The notes below the pieces were generated by a model. The model did no database searches. It was not told the origin of the DNA and worked only from the letters and a program-made list of their open reading frames with translations. Position numbers and translations under genes: made by a program. A DNA stretch of 64,000 bases from Eledone cirrhosa (lineage: Eukaryota): NCBI GenBank assembly GCA_964016885.1, contig OZ024744.1, positions 86,986,001-87,050,000 of the forward strand, in the 5' to 3' direction. The number at the start of each line of letters is the position of its first letter. Within the stretch, counting starts at the first letter, position 1. Positions 25,860 through 40,930 of this stretch are shown piece by piece.

Positions 25860-26050
25860 GCTTTGTAGCACATAGTCGCGGTCCTTTGCGTTACAAGTAC
25901 AAATCCAGCTGAGATTAGCTTTGCCTTTCAACCTCATTGGTTCGATAAAATAGGGCACCAGTAATGCATTGGGTTTGATTTACTCAATTTATCACACACA
26001 CACCTCCACCCCACCCCAAAAAATGTTAGCCGTATGCCTAAATCAGAAAC

Positions 26051-26052
<2 letters not shown>
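25860..26052 (+). mobile_element. Nin-domain SINE (diverged)
   Basis: CTTTGCCTTTCAACCTCATTGGTTCGATAAAATAGGGCACCAG core; (ATT)n tail. Confidence 0.65.
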
Positions 26053-26081
<29 letters not shown>

Positions 26082-26089
26082 GTTGTTAT

Positions 26090-27020
26090 TCCTTGAATCT
26101 CAGTCATTGATGTTGGTTAACTGGAAAGTCCGTTGGAATGAATATCTAGCCACTACCTGCAGCCTCAGATATTCAGGACGTATCGGAGGGTTCTTGCTGT
26201 TCCAAGCAATTATTATTATTATTATTTTTATTATTATTATTATTACTGTTATTACTCTTTGAGTCCCAGTCATTGATGTTAGTTAACTGGAAAGTTTGTT
26301 GAGATGAATATCAAGCCACTACCTGCAGCCTCAGATATTCAGGACGTATCGGAGGGTTCTTGCTGTTCCCAGCAAGCATGCCTTTTGAAGCGTTCCAAAA
26401 AGCGTGAAGGGGCCGATTTTCTTTAACCATCCCTGGAAATCTTTTGAGATAGTCCCTAATGCGCCTATGACAATCGGGATCACTTTGACTTCATGGCAGT
26501 TCCAAATCCTTTTTACCTCCCACTTTAAGTCCTGGTATCGGTTAATTTTCTCCCTCTACTTCTCTTGCACTCTCGTGTCGAATGGGCAGGCCACATCCAC
26601 AATCAGGCAAGATCTTTTTTCTTTGTCCAAAACCACCAGGTCAGATCTATTGTGTTCCAGTTTCTTGTCCGTCTGTATCCTAAAATCCCATAGCACCTTC
26701 ACCTGATCGTTCTCTATCACCGCCTCTGGCTTATGCTCATACCATTTCTCAGAATGTGGTAAATTGTTTACTTTGCACAGGTGCCAGTGGATCACCCTGC
26801 CCATCACATCATGTCTCCAGCCCTTATAGTGGGTCTGGGATAGGTGTTTACACTCGGATACAATGTGAGCCACAGTCTCCTCTCTCTCTCCACAGATCCT
26901 GCACAGTGGGCTAGCCTCCTCCTTGTAAATATGGTGTTTCAACCACTTCGTTTTGAGGGCCTGCTCCTGCGCAGCCATTAACATTCCTTCTGTAGCCTTT
27001 TTAAGGTCTCCTCTTTTCAA

Positions 27021-27021
<1 letters not shown>
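26090..27021 (-). mobile_element. Two tandem 5'-truncated Dong/R4 copies (26090-26207 and 26258-27021) in (TTA)n
   Basis: ORF 26556-27020 nearly identical to 2828-3328; 3' UTR duplicated; (TTA)n between and around the copies. Confidence 0.88.
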
Positions 27022-27053
<32 letters not shown>

Positions 27054-27962
27054 TTTGTTGTTGTTGGTATCTCATGTTGTCACGCATTCTTCTTTTTCAA
27101 TTGATTGCATCATGTTCATTATAAATGTTTGATAAACTATAAATAGGACGCCATACATTGCCCTCAGAAAAGGTGACTCCATATTTGGTCCTTGGAGTCA
27201 AACGCTGCAATTATATTTGCAAATTACGTCCATAAAATTCTTAAAACAATGGAGGCGAACAACCCTTCCCTATCCACAGGACAACAGCGAATGCAAAAAG
27301 CTACACAATAAAAGTATGTTATATTTTCTCGATAACGGCCAGAAAAGAAATGTGAATAAGACCAACGTCACCACCACCACACACTAACACCAACACTCTC
27401 TCTACAGACATCAACAACAAGGTTTTCCTCGCCAACAACAACGACAGCGAGAGCAATAGCAACAGCAACAACAGTAACAAACTCTGCACAGGAAAATTAT
27501 GAGGGGAAACTCTCCACCTTTAAAATCTTCACAAGAAGGAAAAACAAAACAAATATAAACAACACTAACAGGAACACTGTCGCCACCACTACGATCACCA
27601 ACCCCCATCACATCACCACCTCCACCACCATTGCAACAACAAAACTATTACTGTAGCATAATAGAAAAATAACCGTAACACAGCCAACAAAAACAATAAC
27701 AGCTACAGTAACCTGAGCAATAACAACAACAGCAACAACAACAACAACGACGACAACAACTACAACAATAACAACAACAATAACAACTTCAATGTCACCA
27801 ACAATAACAACAGCAGCAATATATTTCAATATATTTGAACAATGTCTGCCAAAGCAATCAAACTGTTCATCATGAACATTATAGAATAAGTGACATATTT
27901 GACCCAATTGGCCAAACTAATAAATATAGATAAATAATTGTATCTGTTGTTGTCGCTGTCGC

Positions 27963-28008
<46 letters not shown>

Positions 28009-28179
28009 GCTGTTGTTGTTGTCGTTGTCGTTGTTGTTGTTGTTGTTGCACACTTATAATAGTAATGCTGTCCTTAAATTCGGGTCGCAACAAAAATCGT
28101 TAGAGATCAAGGATATTTCAGTTGTATCTTGCTGTACCAACTAAGGCAGACATTTCGATAAACGAAACTTTTCAATATT

Positions 28180-29500
<1,321 letters not shown>

Positions 29501-29711
29501 TCATAATTCATTTGAGCATTTAACATGTCATTTCTCCAGGCTAAGTCTTTCTGTGACAATCACTGCTGCAACATATTCAATGTTATTCCTTCTGGTGATA
29601 TCAGCACTTATGAACTTGTCTATGTGGAATTCCGTTGAAGGTTTCTCCGTTTTAATCTTTCTTTTCAGTGAATAATATATAGGATCTTTCCTTTCTTCTC
29701 TCTCCCACCCC

Positions 29712-29805
<94 letters not shown>

Positions 29806-29860
29806 ATATATATATATATAGATAGATAGATATATCGCTGCAGTGTTTTCTATACCTTTC

Positions 29861-29930
<70 letters not shown>

Positions 29931-29934
29931 AAGG

Positions 29935-30650
29935 TATCTTCACCATATCCTTCACGAGAAGAGTAGTCAGAACAGCGATATCAGGGGTCTCACAGAAGGA
30001 GGATATCTGGTGGATCTTACCATGCATTGTCCTGGACGAAAGAAATAGGCTGGAGAATCGGCCTCGGATCAAACCAGAACAGCGTTGCTGACTTGTAGAA
30101 TTGTGTAAAACACCAAATATCATATATAAAAAGAATCTGACTGTCAGCCGCGTACTTTGGAAAGATGGCTCCTCCACCATACTTCAGTTGAAACGATTTG
30201 CGGCTTTTATCTTTCTGCAGGCCATAGAGAAAGAGGGGTTTTGTTGGACGAAAACAAACACTTATCTCTTTGGTCAAGCCGTTATCTAAATTTTCAAGTT
30301 TCACTTGTAAAGGAAATTAGGGCTAAAGAAGGAAGTACTGCTTTCCAGCAAATTTACTGAAGATATGGATAAGCGTGGTTAGAATGGTTCACATGAAAAG
30401 ACCTGCTATGAGAATTCACATGTAGATTGCAGGACAACTGGGAGAAGGTACTTGTTTCAATGATCGAGGAGAATGTGACCTTTTTGCAGGAATTCCCAGG
30501 AATAGTTATCAGACGTCTACCCTCCTTTGGGTGAATTTTCTTAGGTTTGAATCTTGTTTTTACCACTCTTGCTTTTGGTTTTGCTAATCCTCTTTTTAAT
30601 ATATTTCCATTTCTTGCGCTGTCCTTACAGTTTTTCTTGTTTTTGTAAAC
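29935..30650 (-). pseudogene. Possible decayed Penelope-like RT fragment
   Basis: RPTKPLFLYGLQKDK and PRPILQPIS resemble the PLE motif P.LYGLPKIHK...LRPI.S; weak match only. Confidence 0.3.
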
Positions 30651-30725
30651 CATTTGTTGTTAGTAAGGAAATTATTATTATTAGTAACTATTATATAAGA
30701 GCACTGTATTGGCATAATCGTTACA

Positions 30726-31378
30726 GGGTCGTACAAAATGGTTAGAAGCATTTAGTTTCAACTCTTTACGTTAAGATATCAAATCCTGCATTTCACTCTT
30801 CCGGGGTCGTTAAAATACAGAGTTACGAACGGAGGTTGATATATCAACATTCTCCTCCCCACACAAGTGTTGGCCTTATGCTTAAATTAGAAATAATATT
30901 AATAATTATTATTGGAGCGGTGAATTGAAAGTATCGGTAGGGTATCAGACAACATGCTTTGCAGCTCAGAGTTACGACCCTTTACATTCTGAGTTCAATT
31001 TCCGCCGAGTTTAGCTTTGCCTTTCATCCTTACGGGCTCAATAAATTAACGTACCTGTAATGCACTGAAGTCGATTTAATCGACTTCCCCCCTCCCCCAG
31101 AATTGTTCGCCTTGTGCCTAAATCAGAAAACATTATTATTGGATTTGCAGAATCGTTAGGGCATTGGACAGCATGCTTTGTACATCAGAAATGGCAGTAT
31201 CGGTAGAGGGTTGGACTCTATGCTTTGCATCATAGAGTTACGGCCATTTACGGTCTCAGTTCAAATCCCGCCAAGGTTAACTTTGTCTTTCATGTCTACG
31301 GGGTCGATAAAATAAAGTACCAGTAATGTACTGGGATAATTGCTGGCCTTGTGTCAAAAGTAGAAACAATTATTATTG
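30726..31378 (+). mobile_element. Tandem cluster of 3-4 Nin-domain SINE copies
   Basis: Repeated GGGGTCGATAAAA-type core at ~30803, ~31034 and ~31300, each with an (ATT)n tail. Confidence 0.75.
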
Positions 31379-31414
31379 TAGTTGTTGTTGTAGTGATCGT
31401 CGTCGTCGTCGTCG

Positions 31415-31445
<31 letters not shown>

Positions 31446-31706
31446 CGTCGTCGTTGCTGTTGTTGCTGTTGTTGTTGTAGTTATTGCTGTCGTCGTTGTT
31501 GTTGATGTGATCGTTGTTGTAATCGTTGTTGTTGTCGTCGTTGTTGTTGTCGTCGTTGTTGCTGTTGTTGTCCTTCTTCTTGTTGTTGTCGTTGTTGTTG
31601 CTGTCGTCGTCGTTGTTGTTGTTGTTGTTGTTGTTGTTGTCCTCGTTGTTGTTGTTGTTGTCGTCGTTGTTGCTGTTGTTGCTGTTGTTGTTTCTGATGT
31701 TGTCAT
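31379..31706. repeat. (GTT/GTC/GCT)n microsatellite
   Basis: Read directly. Confidence 0.95.
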
Positions 31707-31791
31707 CGTACTCTTCTTTTTAACACTATTCATATTGAAGTGAAATTATTTCAGAACTTATTTTCTTCTGTTTTTACTAATCGCCTGAAAG

Positions 31792-31825
<34 letters not shown>

Positions 31826-31830
31826 GGATA

Positions 31831-32016
31831 ACTGTTTCTAATTTAGGCACAAGGCCAGCAATCACCCAGTGCATTACTGGTACTTTATTTTATCGACCCC
31901 GTAAGGATGAAAGGCAAAGTCAACCTCGGCGGGATTTGAACTCAGATCGTAAAGGGACGTAACTATGCTGGAAAGCATGTCGTCCGACCCTCTACCGATA
32001 CTGCCAACCCACCGCG
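31831..32016 (-). mobile_element. Nin-domain SINE
   Basis: Near-identical to 2075-2264. Confidence 0.85.
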
Positions 32017-32407
32017 GATAACATCCGATAGTAAGAAGAGGAATCTAAGCTTTATGACTACAGCAAAGCAAATTGACTGACACATGTAGCCCCCTATCCT
32101 GCAATAAAATTCTCAGAGGGAGAGAATAAATAGAAAGATGAAGATGTGCTACTTACAAAACGTCCATAGCGACAGGGATGGATAAAACGAGTAAAATAAT
32201 AGGGGGGGGGGGCATTACAAATGGGAAGACGAGCAGTGTTTATGATATTTTTCATGACATCCTTCGCTGCCTGGAGAGCTAGGAAGACGTATCCCTAAAC
32301 TGGTTTTATTCTCTAAATGCTGGTCTGTATATATATATATATATGTATGTATGTATGTAATGGATGTGTGAATGTATATATGTTGGTATGTATGTATGTA
32401 TGTAAGC

Positions 32408-32455
<48 letters not shown>

Positions 32456-32749
32456 CTTGCCTATGTGTGTATATTTATGTATGTATGTATGCAACTGATG
32501 ACAATTACCGATAACACGTAATTTGGTAAAATTTGTTACATGATCAAGTCGATGGCGATAAAAATCCTGCTCAGACCAGTCTAGCTTGGAGAAAGCCAGC
32601 AGGAGAATACCTATATCTGTCAAATGGACAGATGAGCCTCGAACGAAGTCAACTATTATCTTACAATAGCGAGGGACTTAGGAATCCTGGGTTAGTGCCT
32701 GGCGTGATGTAAGACCATTGGATGTGAGGCACAACGAAGCCTTCTTTTA

Positions 32750-33300
32750 AGCATATTTCTCCGCAAAGACTGACTTCCTCTACGCATCATCGTCTCATAC
32801 CCGATGCAGTACTGTTTCACATCAACAATAGGTTAAGTTTCTCCAGCCATCTTTGTTAATATTATTACACTTATCATGAACATAGTCTAATAAGCCGACG
32901 TTGAATGCAGAGGCCCTCGATTCAAATTAGGTGTATGTCATTCCTCGATAAAAGGCTTCATGAATGACCAGATCATCGCAAGATCATCCAGACTAGAGAG
33001 TAAGTTCATAGTATAAGGTCTTGAAAAGCTGATCACATGGGCAAGAATGAATTCAAGCCTGCAGAGTAGGAGTTTATGATAACTAAAGAAAGCAAGCTGG
33101 TTAACAAATTCATGTATTGAGTAACCGAATGTGCCAACCCTTCTATTTCTAAGAAACCAGTCAACAGTCTGGAAACATTCCTTGGCTCAACTCTGAAAGA
33201 GGCTGTTGTCATTAAACGTTTGAAAAAGGTCTTGATGCCTGGTTAACAGAATGACGACTTGGCTTGCTTACCCAGATAATTCAAGGTCAACATTTACCAA
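32750..33300 (+). mobile_element. Highly degenerate HERO/NeSL-like RLE LINE RT fragment
   Basis: Frameshifted remnants FMND, LEKLITWARM.FKPA.SRS, PSISKKPVNSL, LDAWL...LP..FKV. Confidence 0.45.
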
Positions 33301-33501
33301 CAAATCCAGGAAATGTAGTATACGTAAAAAATATACAAATTATAGCATATTCTAATTATATTAGCTAGTGAGAATACTATTATCTAGTGAGTTACTGATT
33401 ATTGATAAAATACCAAACGTTGAAACAACCCTGTCTTGCTTCTGATATAACTGAGACATGATCACAGCTTAAAATAGTCAAAGCGAGATTTATTTGTTTA
33501 T

Positions 33502-36270
33502 TCTATATATATAAAACAAAGAATGTCTGTGTATTTGTTTCCCTAAAATTCGACAAGTACCCAACCGTTTTTTTTTTTTAACTTTACACATGTAATACGT
33601 ATTGCCCTGTGAGTGTTTTGAGCAAAAACAATGTTCAAATTATTTAGTCCTAGGGATCGAATTAGTGAAGTGGCCAATGTCCGTACATAATGAGGGAGTG
33701 AGAGGGGAGAGAAAGAAACGGAGAGGCGAATAGACGAAGTGACTCTCTACTCCTCCTCCTCCATCTCCCCATCCGTCACAGCGTTTTTCGATAGAGGGGA
33801 GAAATGTGAGTGAGTTATAAAGAGAAAGAGTGAGAGTGAAAGAAGCAGACAGACTAAAAGAGGGGGATAGCGGGGGGGAGAGAGAGAGAGAGGGAGAGAG
33901 AGAGAGAGAGAGAGCCGCTGAGTTTTATACATGACAGTGAAAGAGGGGAAGGAAAGCTATAACTAATTAACATGTGTGTGTGTGTGTGCGTGCGCGCGCG
34001 CGCGTGTGTGTGTGTGTGTGTGTGTTCGTGAGCGTTCCACTAAGAGTTAAATCTATTAACATGTGTGTGTGTGTACGTGCACACGTGCGTGCGTGAGTTT
34101 GCATGCGTTTGTGCCTTTGCGTGCGTGAGTGTGAGTGTGTACGTGCGTGTGGCGTTTCACTTACGCCATTTTATTCAGTGACAACATATTCACTAACTTA
34201 CATTCATTCCAACCGCTGCTCCTACTGTTACCCTTCTCCCTATCCACACCCCGTTTAAGATGGCACTCATGGCTTAGCAATTACATAGTCAACCGTTCGG
34301 AAATCACATGCATCGGTTTTTAATTCACTGACGAGTTTACTCCTTACTCTACCAGTGAGTTTCAGTGTACTTCGTCCTGCTTTTAGGTGATGCCTCGAAG
34401 GAAGAGATACTCCATTGGCCGAAAAACTGCGAAAGCAGCAACAACAAGAACAAGGCCGGAAACGAATCGTCAGTGGAATCTGCTATTCGACGGGCGCAAG
34501 ATGCTAAACGTGCTGCCACCAGAAGAGCACTTGAAACAGACAACCAACGAACCATTCGCCGAACCGATAATGCCGGATCAAATTCTGTTGCACGAGCTGC
34601 CGAGACAGAAGACCAGTGTAAAAGACGTCGGAGTACGGATACTGCGAATACTGCTGCTGCGCGGGCTACACATACCTCGCAAGAACGACACATTCGACTA
34701 CAATGTAATGCTCAACGAAGGGCCTTTGGGCAGGGTATTTCAAGGCCGTGTTGCTCACGATGGTCCTTAAAAGCATTCGAGTACAACCCTGACTTTGATT
34801 ACAGTGGCCCTCCAGACATGTGAATTGAGAGTAGGTCAAAGACGTGCTCTTTCTGCAATGCAAAAAGGTGGCCCGGAGAAACACCTGGCTTGTGTTGCGC
34901 AAATGGAAAAGTAAAATTACGTCCCCGAGAGGATCCACCAGAACCGTTGAAGTTCCTATATTCAGGATGTACTGCGGAGTCACGGCATTTCCTGACTTAC
35001 ATCCGGAGGTATAACTGTGCTTTCCAAATGACATCTTTCGGGGCGAACATTGTCAAGGAAGGCGGATTTATGCCCACATTTAAGGTGAAAGGTCAGGTAT
35101 ACCATAGAATCGGATCCCTCCAACCTGCCGCCAATCAAGAACATCAATTTTTTCAGCTGTACTTTGTTGGGAATGTCAACGAGCAGGCAGCCATGAGTAA
35201 CTCCATTTCACCCGGTACCAATGTCGAGTTTATAAGGAAACTTCAAGACATTCTGCACACAGAAAAACAGTTATGTCATTAGATTCAAGTATGCCTTGGA
35301 AGCAGATACCACAGCCAATTTTAATGTGGTAATTGATGCCTCGAAAATTCCATCTGGGGAGCATCCGGGTCGGTATAATTATCCTGCATGCAATGAAATC
35401 GCTGTACTTATGCATGGGGGTCAGCATAATCCACGAGACATTGTCCTCAAGCGTCGAGAGAGCACTCTTCAGCGAATCAGTGAAACGCATAGGTCTTACG
35501 ATGCGCTCCAGTATCCACTTTTCTTTGTAAATGGTGAGGACGGAATTCGCCAGCATAATCCAGTAAACCCTCAACACTCCGTCAAAAAACCAGTTTCATG
35601 CATGGATTTCTACTCCTACCGCTTCATGGTTCACCACGAATCCTTCAATTACCTGCACCAGTCAAGAGACCTACTTCAGCAATTTGCCGTTGATATGTGC
35701 GCAAAAATGGAATTGAAGAGACTGTGTTTCATACGGTCACACCAAAGGCAACTGCGGTCCGAGAGCTACATCCATCTCCGAGATGTCATCAACAATGATG
35801 CAACTCCCAGCAGCGTAGGAAAAGTCTGCATTCTCCCCTCCACCGTCACTGGAAGTCCGCGCTACATGCACGAGAGAACGCAGGATGCTATGACCTACGT
35901 ACGGCATTACGGCAGGGCTGATCTGTTCATCACATTCAATGCAATCCAAAGTGGAAGGAGTTCGGGGCAGAACTGTTCCAAGGGTAAATGGCCAAAGACA
36001 GGCATGATCTCCGACGCCAACCCGGAGACGGTGGTTTTACAGCAACAGTTGGACAGCACGAGGTGAGAGAACAGATGGATAGTGCCATACTGCCCATTTC
36101 TTTCAAAGACATTCGGCGCTCACATCAATGTCGAGTTCTGTAATTCCGTCCAATCAATCAAGTACATATGTAAATATGTGAATAAGGGTTCAGACGCTGC
36201 TATGTTCGGTCTTCAACAGCACAACAGCCGTGATGAGGTCACGTAATAACAAGTTGGCCGTTACATCAGC
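33502..36270 (+). mobile_element. Helitron remnant (5' end plus Rep region), 3'-truncated
   Basis: 5' TCTATATATATAAAA...ATGTCTGTGT; CCANGKVKL, YNCAFQMTSFGA, GQVYHRIGSL, YDALQYPLFF, ILPSTVTGSPRYM..QDAMTYVRHYGRADLFITF, HINVEFCNSVQSIKYICKYVNKGSD. Confidence 0.9.
34890..36245 (+). pseudogene. Helitron Rep/helicase pseudogene (Rep part; frameshifts and internal deletion)
   Basis: ORFs 34890-35282 and 35296-36066; Rep motif 1 (FITF) and motif 3 (KYICKY) present, HUH motif 2 region deleted; no PIF1 helicase domain seen. Confidence 0.85.
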
Positions 36271-36684
36271 ATATGATATATATGGAGCTATTAAGTTAGA
36301 CATGGCTTGGGACAATACTGGCCGAAACGTATCAAAATTATAATATATATATACATACAGATATGTATAAACGGAAAAAATGAAACGAAATTTCATTTCC
36401 CAATCTTAGTACGGTTGTTACTTAAATATAAGTATGTACACGTACATACATATGTATACAGACGTACCGTAGTATTTATATATATATATACATACATGCA
36501 CACATATATATATGTACGTATGGATTCACCGAACATTTATTATAATGCTCGGTGTGTTTGTAGACAAACATCCCGTATTAAGCCGTAGTGTGAATCCATA
36601 CGTACATATATATGTGTGTGCATGTATATATATATATACATACTACTGCACGTCTGTATACATATATGTATGTACGTATACATA

Positions 36685-36745
<61 letters not shown>

Positions 36746-36776
36746 CTGCCTCTCTGTTTTGTTCCCGTTCCATTTT

Positions 36777-36814
<38 letters not shown>

Positions 36815-36858
36815 TATGTATATATATATATAAATATATATATATGTATATATATATT

Positions 36859-36949
<91 letters not shown>

Positions 36950-36955
36950 ATATAA

Positions 36956-37039
<84 letters not shown>

Positions 37040-37249
37040 ATATATAAGTATGTATACGTACATACATATATGTATACAGACGTACAGTAGTATGTATATA
37101 TATATACATACATGCAGTCATATATATATGTACGTATGGATTCACCGAACATTTATTATAATGCTCGGTGTGTTTGTAAACAAACGTCCCGTATTAAGCC
37201 GTAGTGTCTAGCAACCATACTTGCTCGTTTGTTCAACACTGACAAAGGA

Positions 37250-37292
37250 ACGCTGTACTAGTTTCAAGCTTATTAGCTATCGTCAGCAACGT
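37250..37292 (-). ncRNA. Minimal type-I hammerhead ribozyme
   Basis: ACGUUG-CUGACGA-UAGCUAAUAAGCUU-GAAA-CUAG-UA|CAGCGU. Confidence 0.85.
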
Positions 37293-37670
37293 ATACCTTC
37301 CAGCCAGATTGTTGAACGTATATACTTACCTTATGCATATTAACGGCTGAGTAGCCCAATTTGCATATCGATTTGGTTAATCGGCCGGGTGCACCGAAAA
37401 CGATAAACGGAAAAAATGAAACGAAATTTCATTTCCCACTCTTAGTACGGCTGTTACTTAAATATAAGTATGTATACGTACATACATATATGTATACAGA
37501 CGTACCGTAGTATGTATATATATATATACATACATGCACACATATATATATGTACGTATGGATTCACCGAACATTTATTATAATGCTCGGTTTGTTTGTA
37601 AACAAACATCCCGTATTAAGCCGTAGTGTCTAGCAACCATCGTTGCTCGTTTGTTCAACACTGACAAAGA

Positions 37671-37713
37671 ACGCTGTACTAGTTTCAAGCTTATTAGCTA
37701 TCGTCAGCAGCGT
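37671..37713 (-). ncRNA. Minimal type-I hammerhead ribozyme
   Basis: ACGCUG-CUGACGA-UAGCUAAUAAGCUU-GAAA-CUAG-UA|CAGCGU; perfect 6-bp stem I. Confidence 0.87.
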
Positions 37714-38094
37714 ATACCTTCCTGCCAGATTGTTGAACGTATATACTTACCTTATGCATATTAACGGCTGAGTAGCCCAATTTGCATATCGAGTGGGTTA
37801 ATCGGCCGGGTGCACCGAAAAGGATAAACGGAAAAAATGAAACGAAATTTCATTTCCCACACTTAGTACGGCTGTTACTTAAATATAAGTTTGTTTACAA
37901 ACACACCGAGCATTATAATAAATGTTCGGTGAATCCATACGTACATATATATATATGTGTGCATGTATATATATATACATACTACTGTACGTCTGTATAC
38001 ATATATGTATGTACGTGTACATACTTATATTTAAGTAACAGCCGTACTAAGAGTGGGAAATGAAATTTCGTTTCATTTTTTCCGTTTATATGTA

Positions 38095-38558
38095 TATTTA
38101 TAATATTAATTCAAAATATTAATAAATATAGCCATTCAACGTAATCAAAATATATTTTATTATATATTTATATATATAGATATTTCGGAGGTACTGTGCT
38201 GTTTTTTCAGTACGTCCTCATCAGATAAAATATATAAATTGATATATGACATACCTCAGCTGTCTTGATGGTTCAATTCCAGTCTCGGCAGTTGAAGTAT
38301 GTCATACAATAATTTATATATTTTATCTGATGAGGGCGTACTGAAAAAACAGCACAGTACCTCCGAAATATATATAATAAAATATATTTTGATTATGTTG
38401 AATGCCTATATTTAGAAAGTTATTTATCTAAAAGAAAGTTATATTTATTAATATTTTGAATTAATATTAATAACTCCAGAAAACTTAACTGTTGAGTGTT
38501 TCTAATCTATTGTAAAACTATATTCATTGATTAATCAATGAACCTTGTTTAACTTTTG

Positions 38559-38562
<4 letters not shown>
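38095..38562 (+). mobile_element. Family P1 element, inverted plus forward, with hammerheads at 38155-38232 (-) and 38317-38386 (+)
   Basis: UAUAUUUUAU-CUGAUGA-GGGCGUACUG...CAGUACCUCC-GAAA-UAUAUA-UA|AUAAAAUAUA. Confidence 0.78.
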
Positions 38563-38611
<49 letters not shown>

Positions 38612-38677
38612 ACACACATACATACAAACATAAATAAAAACATACATGTAAACATACATGCAAACATACATCTATAT

Positions 38678-39319
38678 ATGGTGGCTGCCAACTCGTTTTC
38701 GAGTACGGCCACTACTTTACATCCATGTAGGATAACCCCTACCGAAGCGCTGAACGAGTGTGACTTTTTAGTCCAGCCAGCGACTTGAAACCTCTGGTAC
38801 AAACACTACACCTGTGACAATTATTGACACATAGTGCTAGGCCCATGGTAGGACAATTATTGACACATAGTGCTGGGCCCATGTGAGGACAAGTGCAGAG
38901 AGATCTCCAGATATAAAGCAATGCCTGTGCCGTGAAGCTTTTATAGTGAGCAAAGGCACTGCACAAAGCCAGTCCCACTCTCTTAACCAAGATGCTATTT
39001 ACCAAAAAGAAGAACAAGTCAACATCATTGGATACCATCAGGGTTGCAGGTGTTATATCAGAGTTTTCCTTCTCCTAGAATTCTGCCTTGACTAAGGCTA
39101 AAGGGGTCATCTCTCCCGGTGATTTTGGATGGCCATTGACTCTTAAGAGCTCCTTTGCCCTTTTGACAGGTTTTGTTTTTAGTCCTGCAGGATGTCCAAA
39201 GTCACCCTCCTCACCAAGAAACCTTAGTGGGGTTGCCAGTTTAGTCGCCAACGACCCGACCATGAGACAGGTTGTACTGGGATACATGTTACCAGTAGCA
39301 CCAACTGGTGACCTGACAT
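38678..39319 (-). mobile_element. ~610-bp non-autonomous RTE-derived element, copy 3 (36-bp internal duplication)
   Basis: Same termini as copies 1 and 2; GACAATTATTGACACATAGTGCT..GCCCATG duplicated at 38816-38883. Confidence 0.75.
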
Positions 39320-39552
39320 CTATATATATATTCATACATACATACATATATACATACAAACGCGCTTTCATACACCAGCACATGCAATTATTGCCGTATG
39401 TTCATATGTGTATGCTCATGAAATTGTGAGATAATACGCATGCGTATCTGCATGCGTCTTAGCGTGTGCTTGATTGCGTGAACATCAACATATATCCCGC
39501 CGTGCATACACAGTAGAAAATACACACACGCGTATTAAAATCTTTAAAGTTC

Positions 39553-39605
<53 letters not shown>

Positions 39606-39751
39606 GTGTGTGTATGTGTGTATGAGTGCGTGTGCGTGTGTGCCTGCGTGTGTTCGTGTGTATATTATACCAACAGATTAACGCGTAAGCAAAGAATCGG
39701 TGCTTTCACCCTTAACGAGATCTAATGAATGTAAATATTTGCGCTACGGGG

Positions 39752-39844
<93 letters not shown>

Positions 39845-39848
<4 letters not shown>

Positions 39849-40143
39849 ATTAAATATTAAATAAATGGAAAACTATATTTATAAAACCATATTTATTTCA
39901 TTATATATATTTCGGGGATATCATATTAACAATATGCTATGCCTTCATCAGACAAAATACAATATAAACAGTTTTATAGATAAATATATTCGAAATATAT
40001 ATAATGAAATAAATATGGTTTTATAAATATAGTTTTCCATTTATTTAATATTGTAAATATACTCCAAGTATTTGTCGAGTGCTTTTATATCAGTTATAAA
40101 TATTTACTAGTTGTAACCCAACAATTTTAAATATAACTTTACA
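39845..40143 (-). mobile_element. Family P1 variant with hammerhead at 39894-39959 (-) and an inverted partial copy
   Basis: Minus strand UAUUUUGU-CUGAUGA-AGGCAUAGCAUAUU guu AAUAUGAUAUCCCC-GAAA-UAUAUA-UA|AUGAAAUA. Confidence 0.72.
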
Positions 40144-40333
40144 TGTATATATATATATATATATATATAACAGTAATATATATATAGCAGTAATAAACGA
40201 AGCTACATTTTAATCATTTGACTTTTATTTAACTTTATTTTACACTACTCCGCAGTAACCAAACCAACGTGCGCACTCGTCGAGTGCTCCAGCCTGCATA
40301 CTGAGGTATTGGTATACAACCAACATAAACTCA

Positions 40334-40395
<62 letters not shown>

Positions 40396-40569
40396 TGTAT
40401 GTGTGTATATATATATGTATATACATATATATAATCTGTTATTTAAAAAAAAATAATATATATATATATATGTGTATATAGTGTATATATATATATATAT
40501 ATATATATAATGTATATATATATATACAAATGTATATATATCTATTTATATATACATATATATGTATAT

Positions 40570-40606
<37 letters not shown>

Positions 40607-40607
<1 letters not shown>

Positions 40608-40930
40608 TAGCAGAGGTCCCCGACGTTTCTCGGGTATTAAATAGCAGTTATGTATACCATTTATGTCAATACATTAGTGCTGCTTCGAAAAGTTTTGTGA
40701 AAATCGGTGGCTAACTCCAGAATTTATGACGTTTTTTTGCATTGCACTGCAGTGCTTCAGTCGACTCCAAGGAAGTGGTTAAAGGGGGTTATCTGCTGGG
40801 AGGCCCTATAATCAATATCTGGAAAAATGAAATTGCCCATGATCATCCGGAGTACATAAGTAACTTATGTCTTAAGTTTGGTGAAAATACTGTAGAAATG
40901 CATAAGGTTTACACACACACACACACACAC
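40607..40930 (-). mobile_element. Non-autonomous Helitron with canonical 3' terminus
   Basis: Minus strand ends CCCGA-GAAACG-TCGGG hairpin, then GACCTCTG, then CTAG|T, inserted in (TA)n. Confidence 0.75.

Larger units (their letters stand above)
36369..38087. repeat. Family R compound array: forward, inverted, (TA)n, two 421-bp units, inverted
   Basis: Begins AAACGGAAAAAATGAAACG and ends with its reverse complement; inversions at ~36589 and ~37890. Confidence 0.88.
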
